From an uncultured bacterium (GTDB taxonomy: Bacteria; Lernaellota; Lernaellaia; Lernaellales; Lernaellaceae): a stretch of 30,896 nt of DNA. Below, piece after piece: positions 7,300 to 15,112 of this stretch. Under the pieces are notes generated by a model. That model saw only the letters and a program-made list of their open reading frames with translations. It was not told the origin of the DNA and did not search any database. Every line of letters starts with the position of its first letter. The first letter of the stretch is position 1. A program made the translations under genes and the position numbers. The stretch is taken from positions 1-30,896 of the forward strand of contig CAZHPN010000062.1 in NCBI GenBank assembly GCA_964534375.1, read 5' to 3'.

Positions 7300-9690
7300 A
7301 TGGCAGGCTACTCATTAGAACGTGCGGCGCGCATTCTCGAATTCCACCGGGTGGAAGAGCGCCTGGCCGAGTTCGCCGGCAGCGAGTTAGGCAAGCAACG
7401 GTGCCGCGCGCTGCCGCTGTGGGACGATCCGGAGCGCATCGCGCAGGCGCTCGCCGAGGTGTCCGAAGCGCTCGATTTGTCGGTGCGCGGGATCGACATG
7501 GAGTTCGCCGCTGCGACCGATCTGACGCCCTACGGCAAACGCGCGCGGGTCGGCGCCGCCTTGGCCGGCGCGGACCTGCTGGCGGTCGCGGGCGCGATGA
7601 ACCTCAGCCGGCGCGCCAAACGCCTGCTGGAAACCGAAGCCGAACGGGCGCCCGGGCTGGCCCGCCGCGGCGCGCAACTCGGCGAATGGCTGGCGCTGGA
7701 AAAGGAAATCTACGCGCGGATCGGCCGCGACGGCCGCGTCAACGACAACGCCAGCGCGGAACTCGCGCAACTGCGCGGGCGCTACCGCGCGGTCCACGAC
7801 CAGATTCACGCCACGCTGGAAAAAATCCTGGCCGCGCCGGAATACGCCGACCTCTTGCAAGACGAGATCTTCACGCTGCGCAACGGCCGCTTCGTGGTGC
7901 CGGTCCGCGTCGATCGCCGGCACGCGGTCGAGGGCATCGTCCACGACATCAGCCAGACGGGCCAATCGCTGTTCATCGAACCGCGGCAGATCACCGAGTT
8001 GAACAACCGCCTGCGCACGACGGAACTCGAAATCGAGCGCGAAATCCAGCGCATTCTGCTGGAGATGACCTACAAGGTCGCCGCGGTCATCGACGAACTC
8101 GAAGGCGCCGCCGACGCGCTCGTGGCCCTCGACGTGGTCTTCGCCAAGGCGCGCTACGCCGGCGCGCTCGACGCCCACCCGGTGGAGGTCGCGCGGACCG
8201 GCGGCGTCCGGCTGCCCCGCGCGCGCCACCCGCTGCTGGCCGAGCAGGTGACGGGCGTGGTCGCCAACGACGTGGCGATGGACGACGCCCGCACGCTGGT
8301 GCTCTCCGGCCCCAACGCCGGCGGCAAAACCGTGCTGCTCAAGACGATCGGCCTGTGCGCGCTCATGCTCCGCGCCGGGCTGCACCTGCCGTGCGGCCCC
8401 GACGGCCGGCTGCCCGTCTTCCGCCGCGTGTTCGCGGTGATCGGCGACGAGCAGTCGATCGAGCGCAACCTGTCGAGCTTTTCCAGCCACCTGCTCAACC
8501 TCAAGAACATCGTCGACGAACTCGTCCCGGATAGCCTGGCGCTGATCGACGAGATCGGCGAAGGCACCGACCCGACGCAGGGCGTCGCGCTGTCGAAGGC
8601 GATTCTGGAAAACCTGCACGAGCACGGCGCGCGAACGGTCGTCACCACGCACTTCACCGATCTGACCGCCGAGGCGCAAATCCGCGAGGGCTGGCGCAAC
8701 GCCGCCATGGCCTTCGACGAACGCACGATGACGCCCACCTACCGCCTCATGCCCGGCGCCCCGGGCTACAGCGGCGCCTTCGCCATGGCCGAGCGGCTCG
8801 GGCTGCCGGCGGCGATCGTCGAGCGGGCCCGCGCGCTCGCCAGCGGCTCGGACAGCCGCTTGCAGCAGGTGATCGTCAGCCTCGAACGCGAGCGCGAAAA
8901 GTGGGCGGATGCGGCGCGCCTGGCCGAAGAAGAGCGGGCGCAGGCCGAGGCGGAGAAGCGCCGGCAAGAGGAGATCCTCGCCGACTTGCGGTCGCGGAAA
9001 CAGAAGCTGATGGAGGAAGACCGCGAGGCGCTGCGGCGGCAGGTCGCCGAGGCGCAGGCGGCCGTGAAGAACGTCATTCGCGACTTGCAGGAAAAGCCGT
9101 CGTTTGCCGCCGCCGAACAGGCGCGGGAAGCGCTGCGGCAAGCCGAGCGCCAGGTCGACGAGCTGCTGCCGCCGGCCGAGCGCGCGCCGCTGCCGCCGTA
9201 TCTCGCCCCGATCGACGACTGGTCGAAGATCGCCGTCGGCGGCGAGGTCTATCTCCGCGACTTCCGCGAAACCGCCGTGGTGTTGGAAAAGCCCGACGAC
9301 CGCGGCCGCGTGCGCGTCGAGGCGCGCGGCAAGAAGCTGAACGTGCCGGCCGCGCAGTGCTTCCGCCGCCTCGCCGGCGAGGCCGCGGCGCCCGAGCGGC
9401 TCGCCGGCGGCGCGATCACGATTCCGGACGAGTCGGCCGCGGCCGATGCGTTGCGCCTCGATCTGCGCGGCCTGACGACCGACGACGCGCTGCTCGAAAC
9501 CGAGAGCTTCCTCGATCAAGCCTTGCGACTGCGGATACCCGCCGTCGCCGTCATTCACGGCCACGGCACCGGCGCGCTGAAACGGGCGATCCGCGATTAC
9601 GTCAAGCGCTGCCCCTACGCGAAGGCGTGGCGCCCCGGGAACCGCGGCGAAGGCGGCGACGGCGTGACGATTGTGGAATTGGATTTGTAA
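7300..9690 (+). CDS. mutS2: Endonuclease MutS2
   Basis: Walker A SGPNAGGKT, IGDEQSIERNLSSFSSH, LIDEIGEGTDP, VTTH, coiled coil, C-terminal Smr domain (LDLRG...IHGHGTG...GGDGVT). Confidence 0.97.
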   Translation: MAGYSLERAARILEFHRVEERLAEFAGSELGKQRCRALPLWDDPERIAQALAEVSEALDLSVRGIDMEFAAATDLTPYGKRARVGAALAGADLLAVAGAMNLSRRAKRLLETEAERAPGLARRGAQLGEWLALEKEIYARIGRDGRVNDNASAELAQLRGRYRAVHDQIHATLEKILAAPEYADLLQDEIFTLRNGRFVVPVRVDRRHAVEGIVHDISQTGQSLFIEPRQITELNNRLRTTELEIEREIQRILLEMTYKVAAVIDELEGAADALVALDVVFAKARYAGALDAHPVEVARTGGVRLPRARHPLLAEQVTGVVANDVAMDDARTLVLSGPNAGGKTVLLKTIGLCALMLRAGLHLPCGPDGRLPVFRRVFAVIGDEQSIERNLSSFSSHLLNLKNIVDELVPDSLALIDEIGEGTDPTQGVALSKAILENLHEHGARTVVTTHFTDLTAEAQIREGWRNAAMAFDERTMTPTYRLMPGAPGYSGAFAMAERLGLPAAIVERARALASGSDSRLQQVIVSLEREREKWADAARLAEEERAQAEAEKRRQEEILADLRSRKQKLMEEDREALRRQVAEAQAAVKNVIRDLQEKPSFAAAEQAREALRQAERQVDELLPPAERAPLPPYLAPIDDWSKIAVGGEVYLRDFRETAVVLEKPDDRGRVRVEARGKKLNVPAAQCFRRLAGEAAAPERLAGGAITIPDESAAADALRLDLRGLTTDDALLETESFLDQALRLRIPAVAVIHGHGTGALKRAIRDYVKRCPYAKAWRPGNRGEGGDGVTIVELDL

Positions 9691-9743
9691 ATCTCGAAAA
9701 ACAGAATTATGCCTTTGGCCACTGGTAGCCCCAGGAGATCAGC

Positions 9744-9993
9744 GATCCGGCACACGTTTCGACGAGTTACATCGAGCGCCAGAAATTGACGATCCGCATG
9801 AGCGATCGGCGGTTCACCCGTCTGACGAACGCCTTCTCGAAAAAAAGCGGAAAACCACGCGCATTCGGTCGCGCTGCATTTCATGTACTACAACTTTTGC
9901 CGCGTTCACCAACCGCTTCGCGTAACCCCCGCAATGGAAGCTGGCGTTGCGGATCACGTTTGGGATTTGGAAGAAGTGGTCGCGCTTCTCTAA
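9744..9993 (+). pseudogene. 3' remnant of an IS1-family DDE transposase, frameshifted
   Basis: Frame 0 reads DPAHVSTSYIERQKLTIRMSDRRFTRLTNAFSKK. After an extra A in the run at 9840-9846 it continues AENHAHSVALHFMYYNFCRVHQPLRVTPAMEAGVADHVWDLEEVVALL*. The N-terminal part is absent. Confidence 0.85.
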
Positions 9994-10229
9994 AAATATT
10001 GATTGACGGTTTGGTCTGCCTGTGGCATGTTCACGGCCCGTTTTCCCGCGTGGACTTAACTGCGTGGGGCAAAAGGAGGGGTGATGTGGTTTCCCGTCCG
10101 GGTTCAGTTGAACACGGGCCAGCCCAGCGTCGGGCGGAAAAACGACGCGGTAGCGGCGGAGGAATCGTTTCTCGGCCTTTTGTTTTCAGTGATCGGTTGG
10201 TCAGATTTAGAAACGAAAGGAGCGCTACA

Positions 10230-10556
10230 ATGGACGGACACGAAAAGAAGCAAAGCAAGATGTGGGAGAAGGTCAAAGCATTGTTCAATCGGTCAGGAAG
10301 CAATGTCCCCGGAAGCGCCAAAAGGCGAAACCACATGCGGGAATTCGGGAAAGCAATCCTTGAAATCGTACTAGTCTGCCTTGGTGTTGCCGCTATTAGC
10401 GTCGTTATCGGGCCCTTCGGTCTTGCCTTGTGCGGATTCGCGATTCGCGTAGGCGTCTTGACCATGATCGGCCTTGGCGTTGTTTTCTGGGCTCTTCAGA
10501 GGTCAATCGGGTTCATGCTCAACCGCATATGGCCCACTGAACTAGCGGCAATATAA
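10230..10556 (+). CDS. Small hypothetical membrane protein (108 aa, basic N-terminus, about 2 TM segments)
   Basis: AAAGGAG SD, ATG at 10230, hydrophobic C-terminal half, terminator immediately downstream. Confidence 0.6.
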   Translation: MDGHEKKQSKMWEKVKALFNRSGSNVPGSAKRRNHMREFGKAILEIVLVCLGVAAISVVIGPFGLALCGFAIRVGVLTMIGLGVVFWALQRSIGFMLNRIWPTELAAI

Positions 10557-10572
10557 ACGTAACATTAGTTGA

Positions 10573-10600
10573 GCCCCGCCGACCGTGGCGGGGTTTTTTT
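10573..10600 (+). terminator. Rho-independent terminator
   Basis: CCCCGCC-gaccgt-GGCGGGG followed by T7. Confidence 0.88.
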
Positions 10601-10719
10601 ATTTTCCCCTTTTTTAAACTGACCCACTACCCGCTGTCTGTTGCGATTGCTGCCATACAATTGACGAACGGCAACCGGCCCGTGTCTTTTCAGGTCCGCA
10701 GAACTGCCGCGCTTTACCA

Positions 10720-10748
10720 TTGACGTGGTGAGGGTGACAGAGTTTAAT
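10720..10748 (+). promoter_or_regulatory. Putative sigma70 promoter
   Basis: TTGACG-N17-TTTAAT. Confidence 0.45.
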
Positions 10749-10912
10749 GCGTTCGCATCAGTGCCAATGCATGAGCACGGGTGGCTGCCACTAGCCAGCA
10801 ATCATGCCCATACGTAGGCGCGATGTTGGAGAGGATGGAAGGGTTCCTAGTTGGGATCATGGTGACCGCCTCCTTGACCGTCAGCGTTACGCTGACCCTG
10901 GAGGTTAGTATC

Positions 10913-11020
10913 ATGAAAGCAATTATCGCTCTGATATGCGTAGTGGCGGGGACAGCGCTCCTGGGGCGGTCTGGCATGACATGTTTCCAAAACTACGAAG
11001 GAACTGACCGACTGATCTGA
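10913..11020 (+). CDS. Small hydrophobic peptide (35 aa; 61 aa if started at ATG 10835)
   Basis: GGAGG SD 8 nt before the ATG; sequence MKAIIALICVVAGTALLGRSGMTCFQNYEGTDRLI. The in-frame upstream ATG at 10835 also has a GGAGAGG. Confidence 0.4.
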   Translation: MKAIIALICVVAGTALLGRSGMTCFQNYEGTDRLI

Positions 11021-11030
11021 CTGAGCGTCG

Positions 11031-11085
11031 TTGAAATATGGGAGGGGCGCAGGGGGGTTCGATTCCCCCCCACCCCGCTATTCAA
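11031..11085 (+). other. Long hairpin capped by a tRNA-type T-loop
   Basis: TTGAA...GGGG-cgca-GGGGGG-TTCGATT-CCCCCC-ca-CCCC...TTCAA; no D or anticodon arms. Confidence 0.6.
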
Positions 11086-11370
11086 GAAATCCGCCGACCA
11101 GTCTTTTCAGAATTGCCCTTACACAATCACCCGAACTCTCATACCCCTCGGTTACAACCGTTTCTCCGAAGGTGAAGCTCAAAGGCATGATCGTTCGCAA
11201 GGGCAGCCGTGCGGAAAAAACTAATGATTTTTCCGCACTGAAAAACGCCTTCAAGAATCCTTTGTTTTCAAGGGCTTCTGCCGGCCGTTTTTGAGGGGGT
11301 CGCCGGGCGCTCCGGCCGGCGCTTCTTTCGCGAGTCTACTGACCAGGGCCGCTGACCGCTGGTTACTGTA

Positions 11371-12144
11371 TCAGAAGTGAAATCCGACCTTCGCGTAAAA
11401 ATACATCATCGTCGATGTCAGCAGCGGAATTGTCCACACCTCGTAAGGGCGCGGCGTGTATAGCAGGCAGCAGGTCGCGACCGCGGCGTTCAAGATCGCG
11501 GCGATCACGGCCCAGCCGACGAACCAGACGTCGGGGATTTCCGCGCAGAAAAACGCGGCGACGAAGATCGTCGCCGCCGAAACCAGCGCCATGGCCGCGA
11601 TGCTCTCGAAGGTCTGGCCGCGGCCGGTGCGGAAACGGAAGCGATTTCTGCCCCACAAGCGGCCGACCACGTCCGCCGCGCTGGCGCCGATCCACATCGC
11701 CACGACGCCCGCCATCACCATGAATTGATAGCCGGGCCACCAATATAGAAACGCCAGCGTCAGCAGCGCCCAGGCGTTGCCGAGCGGCAGGTCGTCGGGG
11801 TCGTCGGCGTTCATCAACGATTTTGTCCAGCGATGCTTCGCGGCACGCATGTTGAGGTAGACGAAAAATCCGGTGGCGACCCACGAGGCGGGCCAGAGAT
11901 CGATCCAGCGGAAGGCGATGACGAGCCAGAGAGCGAAGACGCTGCGCATTACGTCGCGCGTCGCCCACAACGGCAGGCGCAGTCCGCGCCGCAACAAAAC
12001 GCCGAACGCGAGCGTCGCGAGCGCAAACAGCGAGCACCAGACGATGCCCAAGGCGTTGACGCCGATCTTCGAGTGCAGCAGCGGGCCGGCGAGGGCGAGG
12101 CCGTGGCGAAACAACGCGAAACATCGGTCGGCGAGCGCGGTCAT
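11371..12144 (-). CDS. Multi-TM protein resembling CTP-dependent phytol/dolichol/diacylglycerol kinases, with degenerate motifs
   Basis: AAGGAG SD before ATG 12144; WIGASAADVVGRLWGRNRF...QTFES aligns by eye to the family motif GDxxAxxVGxxFG...KSxEG. Confidence 0.55.
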   Translation of the reverse strand: MTALADRCFALFRHGLALAGPLLHSKIGVNALGIVWCSLFALATLAFGVLLRRGLRLPLWATRDVMRSVFALWLVIAFRWIDLWPASWVATGFFVYLNMRAAKHRWTKSLMNADDPDDLPLGNAWALLTLAFLYWWPGYQFMVMAGVVAMWIGASAADVVGRLWGRNRFRFRTGRGQTFESIAAMALVSAATIFVAAFFCAEIPDVWFVGWAVIAAILNAAVATCCLLYTPRPYEVWTIPLLTSTMMYFYAKVGFHF

Positions 12145-12190
12145 GCTGCTCCTTGCGCGAGGCGACAAAGGGAACGGCCGCGCGCGCGGC

Positions 12191-12428
12191 CGTGGGAGGG
12201 CACATCACGCTGAATTACTATCCGCGAATTTCTTCGCGTGAGAAAAAGATTTCCACTTAAACCGCCGAGGACGCCGAGGACGCGGAGGTAGGGGTTTGTT
12301 TTGATTAACAAGACCTTTGCGTCCTTTGCGTGGAAAAAAACGAGAAACATTAATTCCTGCCGACCTCTGCGACCTCTGCGTCCTCGGCGGTTTAAGTGGG
12401 ACCCATTTCGTTGCGGTCAACGGCCGCG
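12191..12428 (+). repeat. Composite palindromic repeat, copy A
   Basis: Core 12253-12399 has perfect 22-bp terminal IRs (CCACTTAAACCGCCGAGGACGC). The whole unit matches the reverse complement of 13595-13865. Confidence 0.9.
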
Positions 12429-12495
12429 TCGCACCCCTTCGTCAAAACGCCCGGCGGCCGAACCGCGCCGGGCGTCGGCCGCGAGCGTGGCGTCG

Positions 12496-13485
12496 TCATT
12501 TCTTGGGTTTGAACGTGCAGTCGTTGTAGAACCCGGCCGGGAAGCCTTTCGCGTAGGGCGAGTCGACCGTGCCCAGCGGATGATCGCGGAGAAACTCGAT
12601 GAAATCTACGGGCGACATGTACAAGAAGCCCGCGTTGTGCGGGCCGGGATGCAGGCATTCCACCGCGTCGTGGCCGTTGTCGTTGAGGAAGATCACGTCG
12701 TTCGCGCCGTACTGCCCGAACGGCAGCACCATGACGTCGAGGACGCCGCCGTGCAGGCGCAGTTCCACATATTTGTTGGCGATCCCCGAAAGCGGCGGCC
12801 ACTTCGCAATCTCATACGGAATGACGTTCGCCGGGTCGCAACCGTAAACGCCCGAGCAGGTGGCGATCGAGGCGATCGTGTCGCCGCGGGTCACGCCCAG
12901 CAGGTCGGAGACGCCGCCGCCGAGCGAAAAGCCAATGGTGTGGATGTGGTTCGGGTCGACGCCCCAGCACTTGTCGATTTCCGCGACCAGCTCGTCGAAC
13001 AGCCGCACCTCGCGGTTCTTCGGGTTCGTGCCGTCGATGATATCCCAATCGAGCAGCATGCCCGAATCTTCCGGCGTGACGCCGATGAAATGGAAGCCGT
13101 CGAAATCGATCAGGTCGCTGATCAGCGTGCGCATGTTCGTCGCGGTGTCGCCGAAGCCGTGCCAATTGAACACCACCGGCCACGGCCAATGCTCTTTCAC
13201 GTCACTGGGCAGGTCGATATAGAACGACCGCGCAATGCCGTCAACCATGAACCCGGTGTTCCAGCCGTCGTGCAGGGTCGTGCAGCCCGGGGGCGGCGTG
13301 TCGTCGTCATCGTCGTCGGCCGGCGATTGATCGTCGTCGTCATCGGCCGCCGGCGATTGATCGTCGTCGTCGTCGATCGCGTTGTCGTCGTCGTCGCCGC
13401 TGCTGCTCGAGCCGCAGGCGACAAGCAGCGCCATCGCCGCCAGCAAGAGCAGGCCAAGCAACCAAAACCACGTTTTGTTTTTCAT
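12496..13485 (-). CDS. Lipoprotein alpha/beta hydrolase (PHB depolymerase/LpqC-like esterase)
   Basis: ATG at 13485 with GGAG SD; lipobox LVAC; Asp-rich linker; VFNWHGFG oxyanion region; nucleophile elbow GFSLGG; later Asp and His candidates. Confidence 0.85.
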   Translation of the reverse strand: MKNKTWFWLLGLLLLAAMALLVACGSSSSGDDDDNAIDDDDDQSPAADDDDDQSPADDDDDDTPPPGCTTLHDGWNTGFMVDGIARSFYIDLPSDVKEHWPWPVVFNWHGFGDTATNMRTLISDLIDFDGFHFIGVTPEDSGMLLDWDIIDGTNPKNREVRLFDELVAEIDKCWGVDPNHIHTIGFSLGGGVSDLLGVTRGDTIASIATCSGVYGCDPANVIPYEIAKWPPLSGIANKYVELRLHGGVLDVMVLPFGQYGANDVIFLNDNGHDAVECLHPGPHNAGFLYMSPVDFIEFLRDHPLGTVDSPYAKGFPAGFYNDCTFKPKK

Positions 13486-13594
13486 TTTTTTCTCCGTGCG
13501 GTCGAGAAGTGGTTCCACCGAAAACTGCACCGCTTAATTTATGCAATTTCGCAGACGTTTTTGCAATACTTGAATTTCAACCACAGAGGCTCAG

Positions 13595-13865
13595 CACGGC
13601 CGTTGGCCGCAGCCAAATGGGCCACACTTAAACCGCCGAGGACGCAGAGATCGCAGAGGTCGGCAGGATTAATGATTTCTTTGTTTTTTTCAACGCAAAG
13701 ACGCCCCTCGATTTCGCTCGGGCAGGCGCCGGCCGCAAAGGTTTTGTTAATCAAAACAAATCCAAACCTCCGCGCCCTCTGCGTCCTCGGCGGTTTAAAT
13801 GGAAATCTATTTTTAACGCGAAGAATTTCGCGAACAGTAACAAAGCACGCTGTGCCCCTTCTACG
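13595..13865 (-). repeat. Composite palindromic repeat, copy B (inverted; extra ~30-bp insert)
   Basis: Reverse complement aligns along its length to copy A; insert CCCCTCGATTTCGCTCGGGCAGGC at ~13704-13727. Confidence 0.9.
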
Positions 13866-15036
13866 TTGGGGACGGCGACGACCCCGCAGCGCGTTCCAAC
13901 GGCCGCGTGAGCAGGACGAGCGCGACGGCGGGCACGGCGGCAAGGCACATCGCCGCGCGGAAACCGAACGAATCGGCCGCCGGCCCGACCAGAAGCGGCA
14001 GCGCCATATTGCCGACGCACGCGGCGAGATAGCCGGTGGAATAGACCGAGCCGGACAGCCAACTTGGAAACCGCGCGGTGTAACTGGCGAGCAGCGGGAA
14101 AATCGGCCCGGCCGCGAAGCCGGTCAGCAGGCAGCCGGCCAGGGAAATTTTGTGATTGGGCGACAAGGCGGTGAGGAGCACGGCGGCGGCCATCGCCATG
14201 CCGAAGAATTCGACGATCTGCCGCGTCGTCAGCCGGCGCATGATCCGCAGCGCGCTGAAGCGGCCGGCCGTGATGCCGATCCAGAAGATGGTCACCGCCC
14301 ATCCGGCCGCGGTTTCGTCGACGCCGAAGCGATCGGTCTGGAACTTCGCCAGCCAGATGTTGAAGACGCCTTCCGCGCCGACATAGAGCATCATCAGCAG
14401 CAAGATCAGCCGCCACAGGCGCGGGTTCGTGCGGCGCACCTCGACCACCTCGCGCCACCGCAGATTGCGCCGGCCGGGCACATCCGGCGCCGGCGCCAGC
14501 GCGAACAACACGAACAAGGCGGCGGCCAGCACGGCCTCGCCGAGGACGATCGTTCGCCAACCGACATCGGCGGCGAGAAGGCGGCCGATCGTCGGCGGCG
14601 TGACCACGACGCCGAAGGCGAACAGGGCGTTGACGATCGTCAGGTTGCGCCCGGCGTTTTGTTTGTCCGCGGAACTGATGTACAAGCCGGGCACAATGTT
14701 GAGAAAGCCGTAACCGGCGCCGACGACGGCGAACGCGGCCGCCAGCGGCGCCAGGCGATGCGCGACCGCGCCGGCGAGAAAATCCCCGAGCATGACGCAG
14801 CCGGCGCCGGTCATCAGCGACGCGCGCGACGACAGTCCGCCGAGCGCGAAATTGATCGCGACGATCGCCAGGCACATGCCGAAAAAGTAGCCGAGCGACG
14901 GCAAGCCGCCCAGCGACCGCGGCGCGTGCACGTCGAGCAGCAATTGGTTGAGCAGCGGCCCGAGCGTGATCATCGTGACGCCGGCGAGAATGACCGACGG
15001 GAAAAACGGCCAGATGACGGGCCAGCGCTTCACCAT
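13861..15036 (-). CDS. MFS transporter (FucP/TsgA-like)
   Basis: About 12 hydrophobic segments; LYVGAE, FWIGITAGR and GPIFP motifs; probable start ATG 15036. Confidence 0.85.
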   Translation of the reverse strand: MVKRWPVIWPFFPSVILAGVTMITLGPLLNQLLLDVHAPRSLGGLPSLGYFFGMCLAIVAINFALGGLSSRASLMTGAGCVMLGDFLAGAVAHRLAPLAAAFAVVGAGYGFLNIVPGLYISSADKQNAGRNLTIVNALFAFGVVVTPPTIGRLLAADVGWRTIVLGEAVLAAALFVLFALAPAPDVPGRRNLRWREVVEVRRTNPRLWRLILLLMMLYVGAEGVFNIWLAKFQTDRFGVDETAAGWAVTIFWIGITAGRFSALRIMRRLTTRQIVEFFGMAMAAAVLLTALSPNHKISLAGCLLTGFAAGPIFPLLASYTARFPSWLSGSVYSTGYLAACVGNMALPLLVGPAADSFGFRAAMCLAAVPAVALVLLTRPLERAAGSSPSPT

Positions 15037-15112
15037 CCTGCCTTTCGCGAGAGCGACGATCGAGCGCGAAGCGGGCGCGCGCGGCAACCGGCGCGCCCGC
15101 TTCGATGCGGGC

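Larger units (their letters stand above)
9724..10631 (+). mobile_element. Decayed IS1-family element with passenger ORF
   Basis: Transposase remnant; right-end-like AAACTGACCCACTACC (10616-10631; reverse complement starts GGTAG); only GGTAG at 9724 on the left; lower GC than flanks; no TSD found. Confidence 0.5.

Noticed and set aside
9840..9846. Programmed IS1 frameshift
   Set aside because: The shift is inside the catalytic C-terminal region and needs +1, whereas the IS1 insA/insB shift is -1 and upstream. More likely a mutation or a homopolymer sequencing error.
9786..10556. 256-aa ORF as a single protein
   Set aside because: It joins a frameshifted transposase remnant, non-coding leader and a separate ORF that has its own SD at 10230.
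9716..10640. Target-site duplication around the IS remnant
   Set aside because: The flanks (TGGCCACT vs CGCTGTCT) do not match; the left end is probably lost.
11041..11085. tRNA or tmRNA gene
   Set aside because: Only a T-arm-like hairpin; no D arm, anticodon arm, matching 5' acceptor strand or CCA found.
11209..11238. dif site
   Set aside because: The spacer is 8 nt rather than 6 and there is no XerD-like TTATGTTAAAT arm.
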